From Candidatus Rokuibacteriota bacterium (GTDB lineage Bacteria; Methylomirabilota; Methylomirabilia; Rokubacteriales; CSP1-6), in assembly GCA_003220685.1 (NCBI GenBank), contig QHTE01000056.1:1231-65230 (forward strand): a stretch of DNA of 64,000 bases, given 5' to 3'. The position numbers and the translations under genes are program-made. Below are positions 27,573-36,438 of this stretch, in pieces. Position 1 is the first letter of the stretch. The number at the start of each line of letters is the position of its first letter. A model generated the notes under the pieces. It was not told the origin of the DNA. It did no database searches and worked only from the letters and a program-made list of their open reading frames with translations.

Positions 27573-28950
27573 GATCTGATCCGAGCACCTCGGGCGGCAC
27601 GCGGTCCGCGAGATCGCGAACCTCTCCCACGAGCGCTCGCCGCTCGTCGAGGAGCCGCCGGTGCAGCCCGCGATCGGTGAGGAACCAGAAGAAGGCTCGC
27701 GCCTGACGGATGAATCGGCCGAGCCGCTCGCGCCAGACCAGCGCCAGCAAGCCCGACGGCACGATCAGAACGATGAACAGTAGCAGCGCGCCGCGGCCGG
27801 CGAGCCGCCAGACGAGCCAGCCCTCGATCGCCCAGAGGACCGGATAGAACACGAGACCGACCGCCATCTTGTCGGTCGCCTCCTCCTCGGAGGTTCGCCC
27901 GAGTCGCTTCACGATCTGACCGGTCAGCCAGTAGGGCGCCGCGTGACTCACGATCCCCCAGCATGCCAGAGGCAGGCCGAGCGCCAGCCACAGCATATTG
28001 GTCGCGACGTAGGAGAGGACGAGGCCGGGCTTGTATGGCAGGCCGAGCTGGTCGCTCGCGATCCCGACCTCGTCGAGATGGCCGCGGTAGACTTCGATCT
28101 TGCGCCGGAGCGCGGCCACGCGGTGCGGCTCGCGCGCGGCGAGGTAGCGCCCCGCCCGCATCACCCGTTGCTTCCAGGCAAGCGCGTACTCGGCGGCCTC
28201 GCCCGGCCGCGGCTCGGGCTCGCCGCGGGGGGCCGCCTCTTGCCACCACGCGCGCTCGAGCACAGCGAGGAGCTCGAGCGAGTACTGGTCCTGGGCTTCG
28301 ACGATCTGGGCGCCGATGGATTCCGTGAGCCGAGCGGTGATCGCCCGCACGGCGTCTTCCGGACGATCACGATGGGCCGCCGTGAGATCGGCGGTCTCGA
28401 TGGGGCCGCCGATCGTGATCTGGACCGACGCGGACCGAAACGTGCCCGGGTCGTGGAAGACCATTCCGACGGGCAGGAGCGTCACGCGGCCGGCGCCGCC
28501 CATGGCGCGCTCGGCCCCGAGGGCCAGGCGCGCGGCGCCCGTGCGCAGCGGCAACAAGATCGGCTGGGGCTGCGTCCGTCCTTCGGGAAAGATCAGGATG
28601 ACGCCGCCCGCGCGCAGAGCTTCGATCGCCGCGGCGAACATCTCCTCGTTCTTCCGCGGGTCGTCGCCGGCCTCCGCGCGCCGGCGGACCGGCACGGCGC
28701 CCAGCAGGTGCAGCGGCGGGCCGACGAGCGGGTGGCGAAAGAGCGGCGCGTTGGCGAGCACCGTGACGGCGCGGGGGACGGTCACGATGATCAGCATCGC
28801 GTCGACGACGGAGTTGTGGTGGTTGGCGGCGATGATCACCCCGCCGCTCGCGGGAATGCGCTCGCGCCCGACCACGTCGATCCGCCGGTAAAAGAGCCAC
28901 AGGAGGAGGCGGACCAGGACCCGGACGACCCGATAGGCCACGGCATCCAA
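27553..28950 (-). CDS. Glycerophospholipid/lysophospholipid acyltransferase (PlsC superfamily) with C-terminal TM region
   Basis: ANHHNSVVD (HxxxxD), GAVPVRR, IFPEG, LRTGAAR; overlaps the MFS start. Confidence 0.88.
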   Translation of the reverse strand: MDAVAYRVVRVLVRLLLWLFYRRIDVVGRERIPASGGVIIAANHHNSVVDAMLIIVTVPRAVTVLANAPLFRHPLVGPPLHLLGAVPVRRRAEAGDDPRKNEEMFAAAIEALRAGGVILIFPEGRTQPQPILLPLRTGAARLALGAERAMGGAGRVTLLPVGMVFHDPGTFRSASVQITIGGPIETADLTAAHRDRPEDAVRAITARLTESIGAQIVEAQDQYSLELLAVLERAWWQEAAPRGEPEPRPGEAAEYALAWKQRVMRAGRYLAAREPHRVAALRRKIEVYRGHLDEVGIASDQLGLPYKPGLVLSYVATNMLWLALGLPLACWGIVSHAAPYWLTGQIVKRLGRTSEEEATDKMAVGLVFYPVLWAIEGWLVWRLAGRGALLLFIVLIVPSGLLALVWRERLGRFIRQARAFFWFLTDRGLHRRLLDERRALVGEVRDLADRVPPEVLGSDRASDVR

Positions 28951-29033
28951 CCTATCCGAAACCTCGCGTTCGTTGGACAGACATTCGGCGCCCGTCTTGA
29001 CCCCCGGCGATCGGTGGAGCTACCCTCCCGGCC

Positions 29034-30161
29034 ATGAGCTACCGCATCATTTCAGCCGACTGCCATATCGATATGACCTGGATGCCCGGCGACCTATGGG
29101 TCAAGAACGGACCCGCGAAGTTCCGCGATCGGGTGCCGCAGGTGCGGCAAACCGACGACGGGCCCCGCTGGTTCGCCGAGGAAAAGGAGCTCGGGGTCTA
29201 CGGCGGGCTGGGCTTCGGCTTCGACCGCGTCCAGCGCGGATTCTCCAAGCACGTCGAGAGGATGTTCGAGGTCGGCTTCTACGAGGGCGGCCCGCACCCC
29301 ACCACGCCCGCGCTGCGGCTGAAGGATCAAGACCTCGACGGCATCGACGCCGAGGTCATGTACGGGATCCTCGGAATCGGCCTGCGCATGCAGGATCGCG
29401 AGCTCATCCAGGCGGTCTACGAGGTCTACAACAGCTGGGCCGCCGACTTCTGCAAGACCAATCCGCGGCGCTTCGTCGGGCTCGCGTGCATTCCGAGCCA
29501 CGATCCCGAGGCTGCCGCGAAGGAGCTCCGGCGCGCGGCGGCGCTCGGTCTCAAGGGCGCCGACTTCGCGGTGTCCACCGCGGCGTTTCCGATCTGGCAC
29601 GGCGCCTGGGATCCGTTGTGGGAGGCCGCCCAGGAGTGCCGCATGGCGATCTCGTTCCACACCACGGGATATCCGGTGCGCGAGCCGGCCGACGACGTGA
29701 TGAAGCAGGAGTACGACCTGCGCTATCGCGCCACGCGCACCACGATGTTCCAGATTTGCGCCGCCGAGTTTCTCGCGAGCATCGTGTTCTCAGGCGCGCT
29801 CGATCGGTTCCCGGGCTTCAAGTTCGTGCTCGGCGAGGCCGGCGTGAGCTGGCGGCCGTACATCCTCGACCGGATGGACGAGGAGTACGAGGACCGCTAT
29901 CACCAGCTCGCGCTGTCGATGAAGCCGAGCGAGCTGTGGCGCCGCCAGGGCTACTCGACATATCAGCACGAGCCGTTCGTGGCGGTCATGATCCCGCTCA
30001 TCGGCGAGGACAACATCATGTGGGGCTCGGATTATCCGCACCCCGACGGCATCTGGCCCGACTCGCAGAAGTGGATCGCCGAGGACCTCCGTTCGGTCAG
30101 CCCGGCGGTGCAGCGCAAGATCCTCTGCGAGAACGCCGGCAAGCTGTACGGACTCCTGTAG
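29034..30161 (+). CDS. Amidohydrolase family 2 protein
   Basis: ISADCH, DGIDAEVMY, WDPLWEA..SFH, MWGSDYPHPD, ENAGKLY. Confidence 0.9.
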   Translation: MSYRIISADCHIDMTWMPGDLWVKNGPAKFRDRVPQVRQTDDGPRWFAEEKELGVYGGLGFGFDRVQRGFSKHVERMFEVGFYEGGPHPTTPALRLKDQDLDGIDAEVMYGILGIGLRMQDRELIQAVYEVYNSWAADFCKTNPRRFVGLACIPSHDPEAAAKELRRAAALGLKGADFAVSTAAFPIWHGAWDPLWEAAQECRMAISFHTTGYPVREPADDVMKQEYDLRYRATRTTMFQICAAEFLASIVFSGALDRFPGFKFVLGEAGVSWRPYILDRMDEEYEDRYHQLALSMKPSELWRRQGYSTYQHEPFVAVMIPLIGEDNIMWGSDYPHPDGIWPDSQKWIAEDLRSVSPAVQRKILCENAGKLYGLL

Positions 30162-30185
30162 AGATCGCACGACAAGGAGACGACC

Positions 30186-30590
30186 ATGGCCAGGATCAAA
30201 CACATCGCCATCCGGACGCCAGATCCAGAGAAGACCGCGGCCTTCTACAAGGACGTGTTCGGCCTCAAGGAGGTAGGCCAGGCGCGGACGGGCTGCTACC
30301 TGTCCGACGGCTACATCAACCTGGCCATCCTGAAATCGAGGGACGAGGGCAGCGGCGAGAGCCCGCGCGACGAGGCCGCCTACGCCGGCGTGCACCACTT
30401 CGGGTTCATGGTGGACGACGTGGACGAGACCTGCCGGAAGCTGGAAGCGGCGGGCGCCACGGCCATGACCGACCGGACCGACCCGCGCCACGCACCCGCG
30501 GCGGGCGCGCGCTCGTACTACGAGATCAAGTTCCGCGGGCCCGACAACCAGGAGTTCGACGTCACCGAGAGCGGCTGGATCACGGGCTAG
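30186..30590 (+). CDS. VOC/glyoxalase family protein
   Basis: IKHIAI, FYKDVFGL, LSDGYINLA, HHFGFMVDD, EIKFRGPD. Confidence 0.88.
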   Translation: MARIKHIAIRTPDPEKTAAFYKDVFGLKEVGQARTGCYLSDGYINLAILKSRDEGSGESPRDEAAYAGVHHFGFMVDDVDETCRKLEAAGATAMTDRTDPRHAPAAGARSYYEIKFRGPDNQEFDVTESGWITG

Positions 30591-31498
30591 GGCAGGGGAC
30601 GGCGCGAGCGCGCGACCTCACGCGCCACCCTGGCGAACGCCTGGACCAGCGACAGCTCGCTGTCGCGTCGCCAGGCGATGACGGTCTCCAGCGCCGGACC
30701 GGCCGGCGTCAACCGGCGATAGGCGATGGCCGGCCGGCCGACCGTCTGCAGCGACGCCGGTACCAGCGAGATGCCGAGGCCGGCCTCGACGATGGCCAGG
30801 ATCGTCTGCGGGTGTTCCACCTCGTACTTGACCCTCAAGGTCAGCCCCGCGTCGTGGCAGGCGCGGGCGACGAGAGCCTCGAAGGCCGGTGCTCGCCGAC
30901 GCGAGAACAGCACGTACGGCTCGTCGACGAGCGCGCCCCAGGGAACCCGTCCGTAGCGCTTGAAGCGATGCCCGCGCGGAAACGCGACGACCAGGTTCTC
31001 CGACAAGAGCCGCTCGCTCGTCAGTGCCTTGCTCTGGACCGGCGGCCGAAGAATCCCCACGTGAATGCGCCCGCCCTCCAGCGCCGCGATCTGCTCCGTG
31101 GCCGTGAGATCGCGCAGCTCGACCTCGACGTCGGGATGATGCCGGGCGAACAGCGGGATGATGCTCGCCCCGTTGAGGAAGTCGGCCCAGAGGTCGCAGC
31201 CCACCAGTAGCTGGCCGATCTCGCCGCGACTCGCGCGGTGCGCGTTCCCGACGGCCTGCTCGGCTTGCGCGACGAGCGCTCGGGCGTCGCCGAGGAAGAC
31301 GCGGCCCGCGTTCGTCAGCTCGACGTGCCGCTTCGTCCGATGAAAGAGCGCCGCCTGCAGCTCCTTCTCGAGGCGCCGAATCTGCTGGCTCAGGGGCGGC
31401 TGGGAGATGTGCAGCCGCGCCGCTGCCCGGCCGAAATGCAGCTCTTCGGCGACCGCCAGGAAGTAGCGCAGGTGACGCAGCTCCATGCGCGGACTCAT
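30587..31498 (-). CDS. LysR-family transcriptional regulator
   Basis: MELRHLRYFLAVAEELHFGRAA..ISQPPLSQQIRRLE HTH plus substrate-binding domain. Confidence 0.95.
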   Translation of the reverse strand: MSPRMELRHLRYFLAVAEELHFGRAAARLHISQPPLSQQIRRLEKELQAALFHRTKRHVELTNAGRVFLGDARALVAQAEQAVGNAHRASRGEIGQLLVGCDLWADFLNGASIIPLFARHHPDVEVELRDLTATEQIAALEGGRIHVGILRPPVQSKALTSERLLSENLVVAFPRGHRFKRYGRVPWGALVDEPYVLFSRRRAPAFEALVARACHDAGLTLRVKYEVEHPQTILAIVEAGLGISLVPASLQTVGRPAIAYRRLTPAGPALETVIAWRRDSELSLVQAFARVAREVARSRRPLP

Positions 31499-31800
31499 AT
31501 CACCAACGTCTCAGTATTGCCGGAAAAATGTATTGGACACGGGCTCCGGCCGGTTGGATCGTGGCCGCGACACCGCAGCGTCGACGCTCGAGTCTGGCTC
31601 GAGTCTGGAAAGGGGAGGCCCATGCCCCTGTTCCGGGTCACGCGACAACAATTCCAGTCCCATCGACGCCGCGGCCGTCGTGTGCGTCCTGGAGGACGGG
31701 TCGTCGTGTTTCCAGCGGTCGTTCCCGTGCTCGATCGAATCGAGGTGTCGCGCACTATCCAGTGGGCTCTTGCAATCCGTGACGTCGAAGGAGGAGCTCT

Positions 31801-32295
31801 ATGCGGATCGCATCCGGGCTTGCTACGGCATTCGCGCTCCTGATCGGCTCGACGTTGAGCGGCTGGGCCCAGGGGCCCGGCACAACGGGCTCGACGCCAG
31901 CGGCGAGTGGCAGCACCGCGGGCACGCTACTCGGGGTGGGCATCCTCGTGGTGCTCGTGATCGCGATCGTCGTCGGAGCCAGATATGTCTCCGCGCGGCG
32001 GAAGCGGATCGAAGAGGCGATCATCTTACAGTCGCAGCTATCGGACGTCGTCGCCCGCGAGCCTCAGCTGCATGGCCTGGTCATCACGCCGCGCGCGCGT
32101 GTATCCGGCTGGCGCAAGTCGCAGGTGACGATCGAAGTGGCCGGCGAAGTCCCGACGCCGGAGCTTCGCGAGACGGTGATGCGGATCGTGGGGGCGGAAG
32201 CGTGGAGACTCCGGCCGGACGTCATCACCCTCGATCATCTCTTCATCGTTCCACCGGTGCGCCGGCCGTCGGACGCGATCGCTTCGCGCGGGTGA
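31801..32295 (+). CDS. Hypothetical membrane protein with BON-like C-domain
   Basis: RBS aggag; signal peptide plus TM helix; VTIEVAGEVPTPELRE..DHL. Confidence 0.6.
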   Translation: MRIASGLATAFALLIGSTLSGWAQGPGTTGSTPAASGSTAGTLLGVGILVVLVIAIVVGARYVSARRKRIEEAIILQSQLSDVVAREPQLHGLVITPRARVSGWRKSQVTIEVAGEVPTPELRETVMRIVGAEAWRLRPDVITLDHLFIVPPVRRPSDAIASRG

Positions 32296-32411
32296 GACGC
32301 CGCCCAGAAAGAACGGCTACTCGCCCAGCGCCGGTCGAACGCGGGCCGGCGCGGCTCGGCCACCGTGTGGCGGTCATCCAGGCGGGGTAAGGCTCTCCTG
32401 GTCCGGATCGG

Positions 32412-33071
32412 TCAGCGGCTTGACAGGGCCCGCGCCGCGCCGAGGATCGATTCCTCCGGCGGCAATTTGCCGACGCCGCCAATGCCTTCTTTGGCGCACT
32501 CGATGTTGGCCCAGCGCACGATGCCATCGCGATCGATCAGGAATTGTCCCTTGAGCTGGGGCCACTGGCGTTCCATGTCGGCCTGATCGGCTTTCGTCTC
32601 GGCATAGCCGTCCAGGCGCCCCACCGCCGTCGCGGCATCGACGATCGGTAGCGGCTCGGAAAGCACACCGTCGGGATTAATCTTCGTCGAGGCTAGAGCC
32701 TCCATGAACTCTGAATTCACCGCCGGCCGCGGTATGCCGTAGGCGCGATGCGTGAAGAGCTCGGGGTCGGACGCAAGCCGTACGCGGGTCGGACGGAACT
32801 TGAAATATAGCCGCGCGTTCTCGGGGGCCGTGGCGACCACCGCGAGACTTTCGACGCCGAGCGCCTTCAGCTTGCTCTCGATCGTCCCGAGCTGCGCGAT
32901 CTGCCGGCGGCAGAACGGACACCACAACCCGACCAGCAGCGCCAGGAATACGGGGCTGCGGCCCCGGTAGTCGGCCAGCGACACGTCCTCGTTGCGGTCG
33001 ACTGCCGGCAGAGTGAAGTCGGGCGCCGGCTCTCCAGGCGCGATCGGCTGCCGTGCTTCGGCCATCGTCAT
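32412..33071 (-). CDS. AhpC/TSA-like redoxin
   Basis: GEPAPDFTLP, WCPFC, FLIDRDGIVRW. Confidence 0.88.
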   Translation of the reverse strand: MTMAEARQPIAPGEPAPDFTLPAVDRNEDVSLADYRGRSPVFLALLVGLWCPFCRRQIAQLGTIESKLKALGVESLAVVATAPENARLYFKFRPTRVRLASDPELFTHRAYGIPRPAVNSEFMEALASTKINPDGVLSEPLPIVDAATAVGRLDGYAETKADQADMERQWPQLKGQFLIDRDGIVRWANIECAKEGIGGVGKLPPEESILGAARALSSR

Positions 33072-33114
33072 ATCGAGCTCCTTCGTGTGGGGACGGATGA
33101 CACCGCGACGGGTC

Positions 33115-36100
33115 TCAGCATAGGAACGGAAGCACCATCAGCGTGTCGGGCTCGAGCCCGGCCCGCTCGCAAACCTCCTGAGCCTTCGCCAGGTACGACT
33201 CGGCGAGCGCCCGGTTGCCGGCATCCAGGTGCAGGGTGGCCAGGCCGTCGTAGCAGGGAAACAGCAGCTGCGGCTCGCCGGCCTGCTCGGCCAGACCGAG
33301 TGCTTCCTGGTACGACGCGAACGCGGCGGCGTGCTCGCCGTGACACTGGTGAATCTGGCCGAGCACGATCAGCGGGACGGCCAGGTGATCGATCAGCCCG
33401 AGCCGCCGATCGAGGTCGATCGCGGCGCGCGCCGCTTCGACCCCTTCGGCCTCACACCGATCCGTCAAGGCACAGTAGGCCACCGCGAGATTCGCATAGA
33501 GCCGCGACTGAAAGCCGAGGTCACCTACCTTCTTTGCGGTCGCGAGGCCTCTGAGGCACGTCTCGATGCTTCGCTGCGGATCGAGCGAGCTATAAAGCAC
33601 TCCAAGATTCGTATACCCGCGGCAAGCGTCCTGCAACAGATCGCACGCCTCCGCCAGCCCGATGCTCTGCTCGATCTGCGCGACTGCTTCGGTCAGGCGC
33701 CCCGTTCTCGCCAGCGCGACGCCCAGGGTGTTATAGGCCTGAGCGCGCACGGCGGTGACCTCGCGGGCCCGGGCGGAATTGACGGTCGCTTCGTGCTCGC
33801 GCGCGACCTCCGCCAGCGCGCGCTCGGCCCATTCGATGGCGCCGGCGTTGTCGCCCGCGCGAAACGCGAGGCGGCCCATCTCCTGGAAAAGGTGCGCACG
33901 CTCGAGCGGATCGCCGTCATCGCCCAAGCGTTCGAGACCCGCCGCAAAGCAGGCGCCGGCGCGCTCGCGGTCGCCGGCTTCCCAGTGCAGACCGCCGATC
34001 TTCCGGTGCAGGCGCGCGCCGGTCGCGTGATCGCCGCAGGCCTCGATCTCCTTCAGTACCGATTCGTAGTGCGCGAGTGCCTCGGCCCGCCGCCCGATGA
34101 GGCCCAGCAGATCGGCGAGGCGCTCGCGCGCGGCGCGTGTCTCGCCCTCGCCGAGCTCGCACTGGGCGAGCGTGCGCAGCGCGCGCTCGTAGTGACGGAT
34201 CGCGTCGTCGTTGGCGTAAACCGCACGCGCCCAGTCGCCGGCCGCCAGCAGATAGCGGGCTCCGCGTGGCTTATCGGCGCTGAGGCTCCAGTGGTGGCCG
34301 AGCGCTTCGAGGTCGCTGAGCCGCTCGGGGTGAGGGCCGGCGGCACGCTCGAGCGCGCGGCCAGCCTTCTCGTGCAGCTCGGTGCGGCGCGCCAGCAGGA
34401 GATTCTGATAGACCACCTCGTGCACGAGGGCATGAGTGAAGCGGTATCGCGCTCCATCGCGTCCGGGTCCGGCCGACTGGATCAGATCGGCCTCGACCAG
34501 GGGACCGAGCGCGAGCGAGGCAGCGGATGGATCATTCACGACGTCCCGGAGCAGCGTCTCCTCGAACTCCGCGCCCAGTACCGCCGCCTCTTGTAGAACG
34601 CGGCGCGCGTCGCCCGGAAGTCGATCGACCCGCGAGAGCAGCAGGCCGTGCAATGTCGGCGGGACGCCGGCCGCCTCACAGGCGCCCGTGCTCGCCCAGC
34701 GGTCGCCCCTACGGACGACCACGCCCTTGCCCACGAGGCTGCGTACGATCTCCTCGACGAACAGCGGATTGCCGCTGGCCCGCGCGGCGACGAAGTCCTG
34801 GAGCTGACCGAGCTCGTCGGGCGTCACGGCGAAAAGACCGCCCACGAGCGCCCGCGTCTCGTCGCGGGACAGGGGATGGACGCGGATGACCGTTTGCGCG
34901 GCTCGGGTGACCTGGGGCGGTCGTGTCTCCGGGCGGTGCGAGAGGAGTACCATCAAGGGGCGCTCCGCGAGGTGATCGACGACGTTCCGCAGCAGATCGA
35001 TGGAGGCGCTATCCGCCCAGTGGACATCGTCGACCACGAGCATGAGGGGCTCGTGCTGCACCCGCCGCTCGATCAGGGTGCGCGCCGCCAGCACGATCTG
35101 GCGCTGCAACTGCTCGGGCTCGACGTCTCGGGGCTTGGCGTCCTCCACGCCGAGCACGTAGCTCAGCACCGGGGCGATGGCTTCGGCCTCTTCGGCTCTT
35201 GCCCCGAGCGCGCGAAGGCCTTCGGCCAGCTTCTGCCGGGCGACCCGGAGCGTATCGGCCGGATCGACCCTGTAGGCCTCGCGGAAGAGCGCGCCGAAGA
35301 TGCCATAGGTCGGCTCGCCCAGCGACGAGCACGTTGCCCGCCTGACAACCGTGCCCGCGAGACGGCCCTCCGCGTCGTGTCGCGAGAAGAACTCGTCGAG
35401 GAGCCGCGACTTGCCCGTTCCGGCCTCGCCCACGAGGCTGACCAGCTGGGCCCGGCCGCGCTGCATCCGGTCAAAGGCGCTTCGGAGCTGGTCCAGCTCG
35501 TCGGCACGCCCGACGAGCGGTGCCGCGAGCCCCAGCGCCGCGAGCCCACGGCCGGACCCGGGCTCGAGCAGCGTGCCGAGGAGCCGATGGACGACGAGTG
35601 ACTCGGACTTGCCGCGAAGGGTCAGCTCGGCGGCGGGCTCGAACGAAAAACGATGACGCGTCAGCGCGTAAGTGGCCTCCGACACCAGAACGGTGCCGGG
35701 CGCCGCGGCTGCCAGGAGCCGCGCGGTTGTGTTCACGGTGTCGCCGGTCACCGCGTAAGTGGCACCGGCGGCGGCCCCGAGGCTGCCGGCGACGACCGGA
35801 CCGCTGTGGACGCCGATGTGAAGCATGACCCGCTGGCCCAGACGCGGTGCCCATTGCTGGCTGAGCGCCGCGGCGCGCTCGAGCATGTCGAGCGCCGCCT
35901 CGAGCGCGCGCTGCGGGTCGTCCTCGTGAGCGGCCGGCGCGCCGAAGACCGCCATCACCGCGTCGCCGACGAATTTCTCGACGAAGCCGCCATAGCGCGC
36001 GATCGCCTGCGCCAGGGCCTCGAACAGCGCGTTCTGGAACGCGCGGACCTCTTCGGGATCGAGCCGCTCCGCCAGCGAGGTGAATCCGGTGAGGTCGGCG

Positions 36101-36333
36101 AAGAGCACGGTGACCTGCCTCCGGTCGGCTTCCCGCGTGTCGGTTTGCGCGGCCGTTCGTGGGCTCGTGGTGCCGGCGGCTGAGCTCCGCGCCGCCCCGC
36201 ACCGCGGGCAGAACGCGAAATCGGGCTCGCACAAGGCGCCGCACACCGCGCACGGCGCCGGCAGGCGACGGCCGCAGCGCGGGCAGAAGGCGAAGTCCGG
36301 AGATGTGTCGAAGCCGCAGCCGCCGCAGGTCAT
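33115..36333 (-). CDS. Class III nucleotide cyclase with double zinc ribbon, STAND/AAA ATPase and TPR repeats
   Basis: Start MTCGGCG (36333) with four CxxC; VLFADLTGFT, VEKFVGDAVM, GDTVNTTARL; Walker A GEAGTGKS, Walker B LVVDD; GNPLFVEE; TPR helices. Confidence 0.9.
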   Translation of the reverse strand: MTCGGCGFDTSPDFAFCPRCGRRLPAPCAVCGALCEPDFAFCPRCGAARSSAAGTTSPRTAAQTDTREADRRQVTVLFADLTGFTSLAERLDPEEVRAFQNALFEALAQAIARYGGFVEKFVGDAVMAVFGAPAAHEDDPQRALEAALDMLERAAALSQQWAPRLGQRVMLHIGVHSGPVVAGSLGAAAGATYAVTGDTVNTTARLLAAAAPGTVLVSEATYALTRHRFSFEPAAELTLRGKSESLVVHRLLGTLLEPGSGRGLAALGLAAPLVGRADELDQLRSAFDRMQRGRAQLVSLVGEAGTGKSRLLDEFFSRHDAEGRLAGTVVRRATCSSLGEPTYGIFGALFREAYRVDPADTLRVARQKLAEGLRALGARAEEAEAIAPVLSYVLGVEDAKPRDVEPEQLQRQIVLAARTLIERRVQHEPLMLVVDDVHWADSASIDLLRNVVDHLAERPLMVLLSHRPETRPPQVTRAAQTVIRVHPLSRDETRALVGGLFAVTPDELGQLQDFVAARASGNPLFVEEIVRSLVGKGVVVRRGDRWASTGACEAAGVPPTLHGLLLSRVDRLPGDARRVLQEAAVLGAEFEETLLRDVVNDPSAASLALGPLVEADLIQSAGPGRDGARYRFTHALVHEVVYQNLLLARRTELHEKAGRALERAAGPHPERLSDLEALGHHWSLSADKPRGARYLLAAGDWARAVYANDDAIRHYERALRTLAQCELGEGETRAARERLADLLGLIGRRAEALAHYESVLKEIEACGDHATGARLHRKIGGLHWEAGDRERAGACFAAGLERLGDDGDPLERAHLFQEMGRLAFRAGDNAGAIEWAERALAEVAREHEATVNSARAREVTAVRAQAYNTLGVALARTGRLTEAVAQIEQSIGLAEACDLLQDACRGYTNLGVLYSSLDPQRSIETCLRGLATAKKVGDLGFQSRLYANLAVAYCALTDRCEAEGVEAARAAIDLDRRLGLIDHLAVPLIVLGQIHQCHGEHAAAFASYQEALGLAEQAGEPQLLFPCYDGLATLHLDAGNRALAESYLAKAQEVCERAGLEPDTLMVLPFLC

Positions 36334-36438
36334 GGTGTTGAACAGTCTAACCGGTTCGGCTCCACTCCGTCTCGGGACGGAACGCCTCAAGACGCCGTGC
36401 CAGGATGCTACAACTACGTCAGTACGGGAGGCCGTGCG

